Origin: Klebsiella pneumoniae | GTDB taxonomy: Bacteria > Desulfobacterota > Binatia > Bin18 | Length of the DNA: 64,000 nt | Direction of reading: 5' to 3' | NCBI GenBank assembly: GCA_945865755.1 | Contig: CAMBFS010000003.1 | Location: 1-64,000 of the forward strand | Part shown: piece by piece, positions 35,193 to 45,545 of the stretch | Position numbering within the stretch: the stretch's first letter is position 1 | How the letters are laid out: the number at the start of each line of letters is the position of its first letter | Notes under the pieces: generated by a model | Told to the model about the DNA's origin: nothing | Seen by the model: the letters and a program-made list of their open reading frames with translations, nothing else | The model's database searches: none | Position numbers and translations under genes: made by a program

Positions 35193-37217
35193 CTATGCTT
35201 CCATTTCCTCGGCCACGGTGGACCAGGCCCGATATTGCGCTTCCAGTGTCTGTTTGAGTGACTCGTACTCCGCCGCGATGACGCGGGCTTGTTGTGGGTC
35301 ACGAAAGGCCGAACCATCGCCCATCATCGTTTCGATGGCGGTTTTCCGCGCTTCAAGGGGCGCGATCTCGCGCTCGATCTCCGCTAACCGTTTTCCTCGT
35401 TTCTGTTGCTCCGCGCGTGAGGCTTTCTGCTGCGCGTACCGCTGCTTCCCACGCTTCGCGTCCTGAATCGCCGCCAACGTTCCATTGACCCCGGCCAGGA
35501 GCGGCTCACGTTCGGAAGCAATCGAGCCCTTGGATTGTGGGCCTTGGCCGTTGGCTCCGGGACCTGGGACTTTGGACTTTGGACTTTGGACCTCGGCAGG
35601 CCCCCGCACCTCGCGTTCCTTCCACTCAAGAAACTCCTCAAACGTGCCAGGATAGACGACCAAATGGCCATCCCGCATTTCCAACACTTTCGTCACCAGC
35701 CCTTTGAGAAAATAGCGATCATGCGAAACGATGACAAAGGTGCCGCTGTATTGCAGCAAGGCTTCACGCAGCACGTCCTTGGTGCGCATATCGAGATGGT
35801 TGGTCGGCTCGTCGAGGAGGAGTACGTTTGACGGTTGCAGCAGCATTTTGGCCAGCGCCAAGCGGCTCTTCTCTCCACCACTAAGCACGACGACTTTCTT
35901 ATTGACGGCATCACCGGAAAACAAGAAGGCGCCCAACAAGGTCCGTAGCTCCGGGACCACTTCAAAGCGTGCCCCCCGCGCGATTTCCTCGTACACCGTG
36001 CTGTCACTTTGCAACCGGTCGGCCTGCTGCTGGGCATAGTAATCAAGCTCAACTTGATGGCCAAGCTGTCGCGTCCCCGAGGTTGGTGGTTCGACCCCGG
36101 CCAAAATGCGGCTCAGCGTGGATTTCCCCGCGCCGTTGACACCGACCAGCGCGACCCGATCCCCGCGTTCGAGAATCAGATTGAGTCCGCTAAAGACCTC
36201 AAGCGAGTCATATCGTTTGCTCACGTCGCGCAATTCGAGCACGACACGGCCGCCACGCGGTGCCGCCGGGAAATGGAATTTGACCCCCTTGGGCACGTGT
36301 TGCGGTGGTTCCAGGCGTTCCAATTTTTCGAGTTGCTTGACCCGACTCTGCACCTGCGAGGATTTCCGGGCATTGTAGCGGAAGGTGTCAATGAAGCGCT
36401 GCACACGGGCGATCTCTTCTTGCTGCTCCTCGTAGGCTTTCTGGTGCGCGGCGATGGCTTCCTCGAATTGTCGCTCAAACGCCGAGTAATTGCCCGTATA
36501 CTCCATGAGCGTTTGCCGGTGCAGCGCGGCGATGCGATTGACGATCCGGTCCAGAAACTCGCGGTCATGCGAAATGATGACGATGCTCCCGGCATACATG
36601 CGCAAATAGTTTTCGAGCCAGAGTAACGATTCGAGATCAAGATGGTTGGTGGGCTCGTCGAGAAGGAGGACATCGGGTTGTTGCAAGAGCAACTTGGCGA
36701 GCGCGATGCGCATTTGCCAGCCGCCACTGAAGGTCGCGGTGGGCAGGTCGAATTGGGTGTCATGAAACCCCAGGCCGGTGAGCACCTTGGCGACTTCCGC
36801 GTCCGCGCGAAATCCTCCCAGCTCCTCGAAGCGATGTTGCAGGTCCCCATAGCGCGCGATCAGTTCGTCGTGTTCTTCGCCTTCAAGGGGATTCTGCTCC
36901 AACGCTTCATGAATGACGGTGAGTTCTCGCTGAATTTCGGCGAGTTGCGGAAGGGCGGCCCGCACTTCCGCGAACAGACTGCGTCCAGCGACCTCAATCC
37001 CTTCTTGCGGCAGATAGCCAATGGTGACTTCACGCCCACGCTGGATGGAGCCGGTATCAGGTTCCACTTGGCCGGTGATGAGTCGAAACAAGGTCGTTTT
37101 GCCAGCTCCATTCGGACCCACCAGGCCGACGCGATCCCCTTTGCGCAGATACCAATTGAGGTTGCGGAACAGGTCTTGCCCGCCAAAAGACAATGAAAGA
37201 TTGATGAGTTGCAGCAT
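35193..37217 (-). CDS. ABC-F family ATPase (two NBDs, no TMD; EttA/Uup-like)
   Basis: start MLQLINLSLSF… at 37217; two Walker A (GPNGAGKTTL, GVNGAGKSTL), inter-domain linker and C-terminal coiled coil. Confidence 0.85.
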   Translation of the reverse strand: MLQLINLSLSFGGQDLFRNLNWYLRKGDRVGLVGPNGAGKTTLFRLITGQVEPDTGSIQRGREVTIGYLPQEGIEVAGRSLFAEVRAALPQLAEIQRELTVIHEALEQNPLEGEEHDELIARYGDLQHRFEELGGFRADAEVAKVLTGLGFHDTQFDLPTATFSGGWQMRIALAKLLLQQPDVLLLDEPTNHLDLESLLWLENYLRMYAGSIVIISHDREFLDRIVNRIAALHRQTLMEYTGNYSAFERQFEEAIAAHQKAYEEQQEEIARVQRFIDTFRYNARKSSQVQSRVKQLEKLERLEPPQHVPKGVKFHFPAAPRGGRVVLELRDVSKRYDSLEVFSGLNLILERGDRVALVGVNGAGKSTLSRILAGVEPPTSGTRQLGHQVELDYYAQQQADRLQSDSTVYEEIARGARFEVVPELRTLLGAFLFSGDAVNKKVVVLSGGEKSRLALAKMLLQPSNVLLLDEPTNHLDMRTKDVLREALLQYSGTFVIVSHDRYFLKGLVTKVLEMRDGHLVVYPGTFEEFLEWKEREVRGPAEVQSPKSKVPGPGANGQGPQSKGSIASEREPLLAGVNGTLAAIQDAKRGKQRYAQQKASRAEQQKRGKRLAEIEREIAPLEARKTAIETMMGDGSAFRDPQQARVIAAEYESLKQTLEAQYRAWSTVAEEMEA

Positions 37218-37309
37218 GAATATGAATCTACTTTTACTTGCGGAAATGTGTCGGGCGGGATTGTACCAAGGATACCAATACCGGGCTACCGCGATGGGAT
37301 GACCGGATG

Positions 37310-37337
37310 AAGTCAAAAGTCAAAAGTCAAAAGTCAA
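37310..37337. repeat. (AAGTCAA)4 heptamer microsatellite in ABC-F upstream region
   Basis: read directly. Confidence 0.8.
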
Positions 37338-37445
37338 AAATAAGAAACAGCGCTGTAGCCCGGATGGAACGGAGTGGAATCCGGGGTCCTGCCGCTTTCC
37401 CCCGCGCCTTCCTGGATTACGCTTCGCTTCATCCAGGCTACTCGC

Positions 37446-37545
37446 TGACTACTGACTACTGACTACTGACTACTGACTACTGACTACTGACTACTGACTA
37501 CTGACTACTGACTACTGACTACTGACTACTGACTACTGACTACTG
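37446..37545. repeat. (TGACTAC)14 perfect heptamer microsatellite
   Basis: 14 perfect units read directly, 80 bp upstream of 37628 start. Confidence 0.9.
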
Positions 37546-37627
37546 TTCCCCTATCTTTGCCTTTTGCCTTCTGATTTTCCCTTGAGAGCCTTGTGCGAAC
37601 ACCGAGGATTTCCTACACTGCGCGGCC

Positions 37628-38203
37628 ATGATTACTTTCGCTCAATATCGTGCGCGGTATGACGCCGAACGGGAACGACTGGAAGACGCATTCTCGCATC
37701 TGTCCATGCAAGAAAAAAGTCGGCGCGGCCTCGGACGTGACAATCCGCTACTCTATTCGTCTCGTGCCGTGGCCGACACCTTAGGCGCTCAACAACTCTC
37801 GTCGCACGCGCTCACCCAGAATCTTGACCGACAGACCGGACAACTGGAACATCTTGCTCACCAGACGTTAGTGCTCGCTCCGCTGCGACGCTTGCCGTTA
37901 CCGGATGCGCGCTGGATTTTTCTCGATTTCACCGGACAAACCGGTGGCTGGCGTTATAAACGGTCGGCAGCGGTGACCAAGTTTTGTGAAACGATCGCGG
38001 GACGGTCGCCTGAGAGCGCCTGTCGATTCTTGAGTGGTGGCGTGGCCAGCGCCGAGATGCTCGACCGTTTGCTGTGGGAAGAGTTTTCTCGCCCCGACGC
38101 GCCCTTTCGCACCACCGCGAAGCAGATTCACGCGCGGTTTCATCTCTGGGTCGCGCGGGCCCAGAGCGATATCCCTCAGGGCGACTGTATTCCCATCGTG
38201 TAG
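37628..38203 (+). CDS. hypothetical protein (191 aa)
   Basis: ORF only. Confidence 0.4.
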   Translation: MITFAQYRARYDAERERLEDAFSHLSMQEKSRRGLGRDNPLLYSSRAVADTLGAQQLSSHALTQNLDRQTGQLEHLAHQTLVLAPLRRLPLPDARWIFLDFTGQTGGWRYKRSAAVTKFCETIAGRSPESACRFLSGGVASAEMLDRLLWEEFSRPDAPFRTTAKQIHARFHLWVARAQSDIPQGDCIPIV

Positions 38204-38288
38204 CGCGCGACAGAAAAAGAAAAAGGCCCTGTTGCCAGAGCCTTTTTCTCGCAGGAGCCTATCGTTTCGAGTGTACTGGGCGGGGACG

Positions 38289-38390
38289 TTACTTCTTTTT
38301 CGCGGGCGCTTTTTTTGCCGCCGCTTTCGGCGCGGCCTTACTCACGGGTGCTGCTTTCTTTGCTGGTGCTTTCTTCTTTGCTGCTGCCAT
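38289..38390 (-). CDS. 33-aa Lys/Ala/Pro-rich basic microprotein (MAAAKKKAPAKKAAPVSKAAPKAAAKKAPAKKK), histone H1-tail-like
   Basis: ATG 5 nt after GGAGG SD; TTGACA-like hexamer upstream; not in ORF track because <60 aa. Confidence 0.4.
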   Translation of the reverse strand: MAAAKKKAPAKKAAPVSKAAPKAAAKKAPAKKK

Positions 38391-38499
38391 AGAGACCTCC
38401 TAACTAAATGCTAGCGAGTTGTGGGAACCCCTAGTGTTGTCAAAGTAAGAAAACGATAGCTCCATGCGCTGTTCTTTCTAGCAGAACAATTCTGGTCTC

Positions 38500-39876
<1,377 letters not shown>

Positions 39877-39900
39877 TCAGTAAGATCACGCCATCAATTT

Positions 39901-40221
39901 ATGCGGATCTTCAAACGTTTATGGTTACCGGTCCTGGTTGGAGGCTATGTGCTGCTCGCGCTATCGGTGAGTATTGGGAAGCATGGCTTGCTCCATCTCT
40001 GGCAGTTGCGCCAAGAGCAACGTGCCCTTGAGGGCAGGGCATTCGATCTTTCGCGGGAGAACGAAGACTTCCGTGACCGCCTTGAGCGGATCACCAAGGA
40101 CGATGAATTTTTCGAGAAGATTGTCCGCGAAGAGCTGACATTCGTTAAAAAAGGGGAAGTTGTCTATGTATTTCGCGGGTCGACGGACACCGCCGACCCG
40201 TCAGAAGTCACCGCCCCGTAG
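39901..40221 (+). CDS. ftsB: septum formation initiator FtsB/DivIC-like protein
   Basis: ATG at 39901; N-terminal TM helix then coiled coil (LWQLRQEQRALEG…) typical of FtsB. Confidence 0.6.
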   Translation: MRIFKRLWLPVLVGGYVLLALSVSIGKHGLLHLWQLRQEQRALEGRAFDLSRENEDFRDRLERITKDDEFFEKIVREELTFVKKGEVVYVFRGSTDTADPSEVTAP

Positions 40222-40292
40222 GAGGGCGAGGCTTTTGCAAGGAAACCCGCCCCCTGTAGGTCGAGGGCGAAGCCAATCCGAGAATCCCCCGG

Positions 40293-40682
40293 TTATTCTT
40301 CCTCCGAGCCACCGGCGGTCATGTCCTCGTACTCATCCGGTTCCATCAACTCCTCCAGTTCGGTCTTGTCACTCAGCTCGATCTCCAACAGCCAGCCCTC
40401 ATGATACGGGTCTTCGTTCACGAGGGAGGGGGTATCATCCAGCTCACCGTTGGTGGCGGAAATCGTGCCACTCACTGGGGCGAGCAAATCGGTCACGGTC
40501 GTCACCGATTCGATCTCGCCAAAACTCTCGCCGCGCTCGACGACATCGCCAACGTCGGGCAGTTCGACGGTCAGAATTTCTCCGAGTTCACCTTGAAAAT
40601 AGTCCGAAATGCCCACTTGGACGCGTTTGCCCGAGACCCGCACCCACAAGTGGTCTTCGGTAAACTTCAGATTCTCTGCCAT
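40293..40682 (-). CDS. gcvH: glycine cleavage system H protein
   Basis: lipoyl-attachment context …ESVKAASD-like (ESFGEIESVTTVTDLLAPVSG); 129 aa. Confidence 0.9.
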   Translation of the reverse strand: MAENLKFTEDHLWVRVSGKRVQVGISDYFQGELGEILTVELPDVGDVVERGESFGEIESVTTVTDLLAPVSGTISATNGELDDTPSLVNEDPYHEGWLLEIELSDKTELEELMEPDEYEDMTAGGSEEE

Positions 40683-40751
40683 GATTCTTTTCTTTCCTCC
40701 TCGGCCCAGTTGTTAGCGATCTCGTTTTCGTCTGTCAAGGAAAATCGCGCG

Positions 40752-41552
40752 TCACGCGACAGCGGCGCGACGCACGGACGCGGCGGGACGTTGAGGCGAC
40801 ACCAGTCCCCGCGCCATCTCTTGCACGATCTGTCGTGCCGCCACGCGGGGATCGCGGGCCTCACGAATCGGTTTGCCAATGACTAGATAACTCGCCCCAG
40901 CCCGGATCGCTTCTTCTGGGGTCAGGACACGCTTCTGGTCATCCCACGCTTCCCCTTGCGAGCGCACGCCAGGAACCACAAGCACAAACTTGCTTCCACA
41001 TTCACTCCGCAACCGCGCGATTTCCAGTGGCGAGGCCACGACTCCGTCCATGCCCGCATCGCGCGCGAGCGTGGCCAGTCGCGCCACTTGGTTCTCGACA
41101 GTCGCTCCGACGCCGATGCTTTTGAGGTCGCCTTTATCAAGACTGGTGAGCACGGTGACGGCCAGCAATGTCGGTCGTTGTAATCGTTCAGTCTTACACA
41201 TCTTGGTCACGGCGGAGACCGTCTCTCGCATCATGCTCGCGCCACCAGCGGCGTGGAGATTCACCATGCGCACCCCAAGCCGCGCGGCTTCCATACTCGC
41301 GTTGGCCACGGTCCGTGGGATGTCGTGAAATTTGAGGTCGAGAAAAACCTGTCCGCCTTTTTGTTGAATCGAACGCACCACTTGCGGCCCCCCGTGGAGA
41401 AACAATTGCTTGCCTACCTTGAAGAGCCCAACCTCATCTTTCAATAGCGCGACATACTCCTTGACCTCGGCTAGCGAGGCCACATCAAGCGCGAAGATGA
41501 GTCGTTGTTTCGCCTCGGACAGATGCCGAGAAGAAGGGAGCGATTCACTCAT
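40752..41552 (-). CDS. pyrF: orotidine-5'-phosphate decarboxylase
   Basis: LIFALDV…K…FKVG pattern (DxK…KxGxxL) of OMP decarboxylase. Confidence 0.85.
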   Translation of the reverse strand: MSESLPSSRHLSEAKQRLIFALDVASLAEVKEYVALLKDEVGLFKVGKQLFLHGGPQVVRSIQQKGGQVFLDLKFHDIPRTVANASMEAARLGVRMVNLHAAGGASMMRETVSAVTKMCKTERLQRPTLLAVTVLTSLDKGDLKSIGVGATVENQVARLATLARDAGMDGVVASPLEIARLRSECGSKFVLVVPGVRSQGEAWDDQKRVLTPEEAIRAGASYLVIGKPIREARDPRVAARQIVQEMARGLVSPQRPAASVRRAAVA

Positions 41553-43297
41553 GGCACGGAGTCTCCGCGACTGAGAGACACCAGGGTCGCGGCCGCGGCA
41601 TCAATTGGCACTTCGGTGCTTTGCGTCTCGGTTCGGCGTTTCAACTCGACCATGCCGCGCGCCAGGGATTTCGGTCCAATGGTCACGCGCAAGGGGATAC
41701 CGATCAGGTCCGCGTCCTTGAACTTCACGCCCGGACGTTCATCGCGATCATCCAGCATCACATCAACTCCCGCGGCCAGCAGGGTCGTGTACAATTTTTC
41801 TCCGGTCTGGCGTATCGTCTCATCGTTCGAGTTCACTGGGATGATGGTGACCGTCGCCGGTGCGAGCGCCAGCGGCCACTGAATGCCATTGGCATCGTGA
41901 TTTTGTTCAATGGCGGCGGCCACGGTGCGGGTGATGCCAATGCCGTAGCAGCCCATTTCAATCACATGATCTTGCCCTTGCGCGTCTTGATAGGTCGCGC
42001 CTAACTTTTTGCTATATTTCGTGCCCAGATAAAAAGTTTGGCCGACTTCAATGCCACGATGGGACGTGAACGTGCCGTCCGGGCAGCGTGGGCACGCATC
42101 GCCGGCGCGGGCTTGGCGAAGGTCCACGAACTTGAGGGCCGATACATCGCGGCCAAGGTCCAGACCAGTCAAATGATAATCGCGTTCGTTGGCACCGCAA
42201 ATCAGGTTCGCTCCACCACGCAATGCCCAATCACTGAGGATGGTGGCCTTGATGCCAATGGGACCAGCGAACCCCGTCGGGGCGTTGGTGGCTTTGACCA
42301 CGGTGTCTTCGTCCGCCATCGCCACCCACTGACAGCCGAGCGCGGTTTTGAGTTTCGCTTCGCTCAGTTCGTGATCGCCACGCACCAACGCGGCCACCAC
42401 GGTCCCGGTGTCGGTGACATAGACTAATGTCTTGATGCAGTGGCTCGGCGCTGCGCCCAAAAATGCCGCGACCTCGTCAATCGTACGTTGGTCAGGTGTG
42501 TGGACCTTTTTCAAGGACTGAGGACTGAGGGCCGTGGACTGAGCAGACTCCGAACTCCGAACTCCGAACTCCGAACCGCTTGGCAGTTCGGCTTTTTCGA
42601 CGTTGGCGGCGTAGGTGCATTTGTTGCAACTGACAATGGCATCTTCGCCAGACGCAGCCAGCACCTGGAATTCGTGCGAGAGCGTTCCACCAATCGCGCC
42701 GGTGTCCGCTTCGACGGGACGATAGGTCAAGCCACAGCGGTCGAAAATGCGACGGTAGGTGTCGAACATGTTCTGATATTCGCGCTGACAGTCGGCGAAA
42801 TCGGTGTGGAAGGAATAGGCATCCTTCATAATGAACTCGCGTCCGCGCATCAAGCCAAAGCGAGGACGGACTTCATCTCGGAACTTGGTCTGAATCTGAT
42901 AGAGGTTTAGCGGCAAGTCGCGATACGAGCGAATATCGCGGCGCACGATGTCGGTGACGACTTCTTCATGCGTCGGGCCGAAACAAAACTCTCGATCATG
43001 GCGGTCTTTGAGCCGCAGCAGCTCCTTGCCGTATTGTTCCCAGCGTCCGCTTTCTTGCCACAGTTCGGCGGGACAGACCGCGGGCATGAGGATTTCTTGC
43101 GCGCCGGCGCGGTTCAGCTCGTCGCGGACAATCGCTTCGACCTTGCGCACGACGCGGAGACCAAGTGGGAGAAAGTCATAAATGCCGCGCGCCACCTGGC
43201 GAATCATGCCAGCGCGAACGAGCAACTTGTGACTAATGACTTCCGCCTCGGCGGGATCGTGGCGAAGCGTGGGAATGAACGTGTGACGGTAGCGCAT
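41549..43297 (-). CDS. proS: proline--tRNA ligase (bacterial type with INS editing domain)
   Basis: MRYRHTFIPTLRHDPAEAEVISHKLLVRAGMIRQ… class II motifs and full-length match to bacterial ProRS. Confidence 0.95.
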   Translation of the reverse strand: MRYRHTFIPTLRHDPAEAEVISHKLLVRAGMIRQVARGIYDFLPLGLRVVRKVEAIVRDELNRAGAQEILMPAVCPAELWQESGRWEQYGKELLRLKDRHDREFCFGPTHEEVVTDIVRRDIRSYRDLPLNLYQIQTKFRDEVRPRFGLMRGREFIMKDAYSFHTDFADCQREYQNMFDTYRRIFDRCGLTYRPVEADTGAIGGTLSHEFQVLAASGEDAIVSCNKCTYAANVEKAELPSGSEFGVRSSESAQSTALSPQSLKKVHTPDQRTIDEVAAFLGAAPSHCIKTLVYVTDTGTVVAALVRGDHELSEAKLKTALGCQWVAMADEDTVVKATNAPTGFAGPIGIKATILSDWALRGGANLICGANERDYHLTGLDLGRDVSALKFVDLRQARAGDACPRCPDGTFTSHRGIEVGQTFYLGTKYSKKLGATYQDAQGQDHVIEMGCYGIGITRTVAAAIEQNHDANGIQWPLALAPATVTIIPVNSNDETIRQTGEKLYTTLLAAGVDVMLDDRDERPGVKFKDADLIGIPLRVTIGPKSLARGMVELKRRTETQSTEVPIDAAAATLVSLSRGDSVP

Positions 43298-43412
43298 GAA
43301 AGTATCGCTTCAGGAGAGTGTGTAAATTTGCCCGCACCTAAACAGTGCCAAAGAAAGGTGTCAAGAAGGGCGATTGGCTCATCATCAGTTGTGATACGCA
43401 CAACAAGAAGCA

Positions 43413-43555
43413 CACCGGGGGTTGAAACCCCCGGCTACCCTCAAATGCCGCTCTGCGGCATGTTTGACCTCGCGGAGCGAGGCCATGAGGGTAGACGGGG
43501 AGTTCAGTCCCCGGCGCGAGGTGGCGTGGGGGCTTCCTTCACTTCATGCCATTGC
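43413..43555. mobile_element. MITE-like element copy C, 5'-truncated (right TIR CTTCACTTCATGCCATTGC retained), again abutting R1 right half
   Basis: aligns to reverse complement of copy A from CCGGGGGTTGAAACCCCC to right TIR. Confidence 0.6.
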
Positions 43556-43592
43556 CCGGCTGGGAGAGGGTCAGGGTGAGGGGGATCGAGTG
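43556..43592. repeat. R1 REP-like element right half (CCGGCTGGGAGAGGGTCAGGGTGAGGGGGAT)
   Basis: read directly; same as 30026..30057. Confidence 0.6.
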
Positions 43593-43601
43593 AACCGTTC
43601 C

Positions 43602-45371
43602 TTATTTGTTCTCCGGCAAGGCGAACACAATCAGCGCGCTTCCTTTGCTTGAGATCGGCGGTTCCCCCGCGAGTGGGGCCATGATCCCGCCGCCACCAGA
43701 AGGAACCGCCACATACTGCTGCCCATCAATCTTATAGGTGGCCGGTTGCCCACGCAGGGACGCGCCGGTCTGGAATTTCCACAGCACCTTGCCTGTGGTG
43801 TCATCAAAAGCCATCACATGCCCTTCTTGATTCCCCGTGAACACCAGTCCTCCCGCCGTGGTCAGAGTGCCGCCAAGGAGCGGGTACTCTTCCTTATGTC
43901 GCCACTTCACGGCACCAGTGGTCGGATCAATGGCCGACAAGTGCCCGTAAGAGGATTGATCGTCACCCTGAGTTTTATCCCAGCCACCACCCCAATACGG
44001 AATGCCTTGCACGAACATGGCCTCGGCCTTCTTCATTTGCATACAGCTCTCGATCACCGGCACGTACATCAACTTAGTTGTCTGACTGTAAGAGGCCGTG
44101 TACGCGCTATTCTTCCCACCTGGCGCGCCTGGACAAATCCACTCTTTCGCTTCGGACTGTGGGACAAACTTGGGGTCCACGATCGGACGCCCTTTTTCAT
44201 CCAGCCCTTTGGCCCAGTTCAACTGTTCGACATACGGCGAGCCGTGGAGAAATTGCCCGGTGGTGCGATCCAACACATACATGAAGCCGTTACGGTTCGG
44301 CTGCGCGAGCGCTTTGACGTTCTGCCCGTTCCGCACCACGTTGACGAGAAAGAGATCGGTATTGCCGTCGTAATCCCACACATCGTGCGGCGTGAACTGG
44401 AAATGCCACTTGATCGCGCCGGTATCGGGATTCATCGCGAGCACGGAGTCGGTGTACAAATTGTCTCCCGCGCGCATATCCCCATTCCAATCCGGGGCCG
44501 CGTTGCCCGCCGCCCAGAACAGCACATCTTGTTCGGCATCATACGAACCAGTGACCCAGGTGGGGCCGCCGCCATATTTCCAGGAGTCGCCCGCCCAGGT
44601 CTCGACGCCCTTTTCTCCTGCTCCTGGAACGGTATAGGTGCGCCACTTGCGCGCACCCGTTTTGACATCGTAGGCATCGATATACCCGCGAACGCCATAT
44701 TCCCCACCTGACATGCCGACAATCACTTTATCCTTGACCACGAGCGGCGCGACGGTGGAGCTAAAGCCGTCGGCATATTTATCCATCTCCACGTTCCACA
44801 CCACTTTGCCGGTCCTCCGGTCGAGGGCGACCACGCGGGCATCCAGCGTGCCCATGAACACCTTGTCATCGGCGATCGCCACGCCTCGATTCGTTGGTCC
44901 GCAGCAAACCCGTAAATCGTCGGGCAGCGGATGGTCATATTTCCACAACGGGTCGCCGGTCACCGCATCCAGCGCGAAGACATGGTTGTAAGACGTGGTG
45001 ATATACATCATGCCGTCGGCGATGACTGGGGACGTTTCAAACTGCGTGGGGATACCGGTTTGGAACATCCACGCGACGCGGAGCTTTTTCACATTCTCGC
45101 GATTGATGTCGGTGAGCGGACTAAAGCGCCAGCTCTCGTAATTGCCGCCATACATCAACCACGCGGACGGATCGTCCGTTCCCTTGAGCAACCGCTCGGC
45201 GGTGACGGGTTTGAGATCGTAGGTTTTCTTGCCATCTTGCGCGTGCCCAGAGAGGGGCAACGCCATCAGCAGGCCGCCCACCAGTACAGTCACACCTCGT
45301 TGCCATGTTCGTTGCATAGTGTCTCCTTTTTTTTCACGAATCAGACGTGCCGGATTGTCTGTCCGCCGCAC
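43602..45371 (-). CDS. xoxF: PQQ-dependent dehydrogenase, methanol/ethanol family, XoxF-type (lanthanide-type D-Y-D signature)
   Basis: 8-bladed quinoprotein W-motif propeller, ~590 aa, signal peptide (likely start at MQRTWQ…, ~45317); …HDVWDYDGN… carries the extra Asp two residues after the catalytic Asp. Confidence 0.8.
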   Translation of the reverse strand: MRRTDNPARLIREKKGDTMQRTWQRGVTVLVGGLLMALPLSGHAQDGKKTYDLKPVTAERLLKGTDDPSAWLMYGGNYESWRFSPLTDINRENVKKLRVAWMFQTGIPTQFETSPVIADGMMYITTSYNHVFALDAVTGDPLWKYDHPLPDDLRVCCGPTNRGVAIADDKVFMGTLDARVVALDRRTGKVVWNVEMDKYADGFSSTVAPLVVKDKVIVGMSGGEYGVRGYIDAYDVKTGARKWRTYTVPGAGEKGVETWAGDSWKYGGGPTWVTGSYDAEQDVLFWAAGNAAPDWNGDMRAGDNLYTDSVLAMNPDTGAIKWHFQFTPHDVWDYDGNTDLFLVNVVRNGQNVKALAQPNRNGFMYVLDRTTGQFLHGSPYVEQLNWAKGLDEKGRPIVDPKFVPQSEAKEWICPGAPGGKNSAYTASYSQTTKLMYVPVIESCMQMKKAEAMFVQGIPYWGGGWDKTQGDDQSSYGHLSAIDPTTGAVKWRHKEEYPLLGGTLTTAGGLVFTGNQEGHVMAFDDTTGKVLWKFQTGASLRGQPATYKIDGQQYVAVPSGGGGIMAPLAGEPPISSKGSALIVFALPENK

Positions 45372-45477
45372 CCTACTGATTTTTGCTCAGCCGAGCAAGG
45401 GAACGAAGGCGGGAGTCAAAGGCGAAAGAGCGTCGATAAACAAGAGGATTTCGTGGGAAGACAGAGGGGTCTGAAAG

Positions 45478-45521
45478 TTCCCTCTCCCGGCTGGGAGAGG
45501 GCTAGGGTGAGGGGGATCAAG
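45478..45521. repeat. R1 REP-like palindromic element, intact copy (TTCCCTCTCCCGGCTGGGAGAGGGCTAGGGTGAGGGGGATCAAG)
   Basis: 8-bp stem CCCTCTCC/GGAGAGGG with 6-nt loop plus G-rich tail. Confidence 0.65.
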
Positions 45522-45545
45522 AAGTGAGTGTCCACGACATTCTCT

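Noticed and set aside
40682-40752. Glycine riboswitch upstream of gcvH
   Set aside because: Only ~70 bp separate gcvH from pyrF, too short for a tandem glycine aptamer. No conserved aptamer core was seen.
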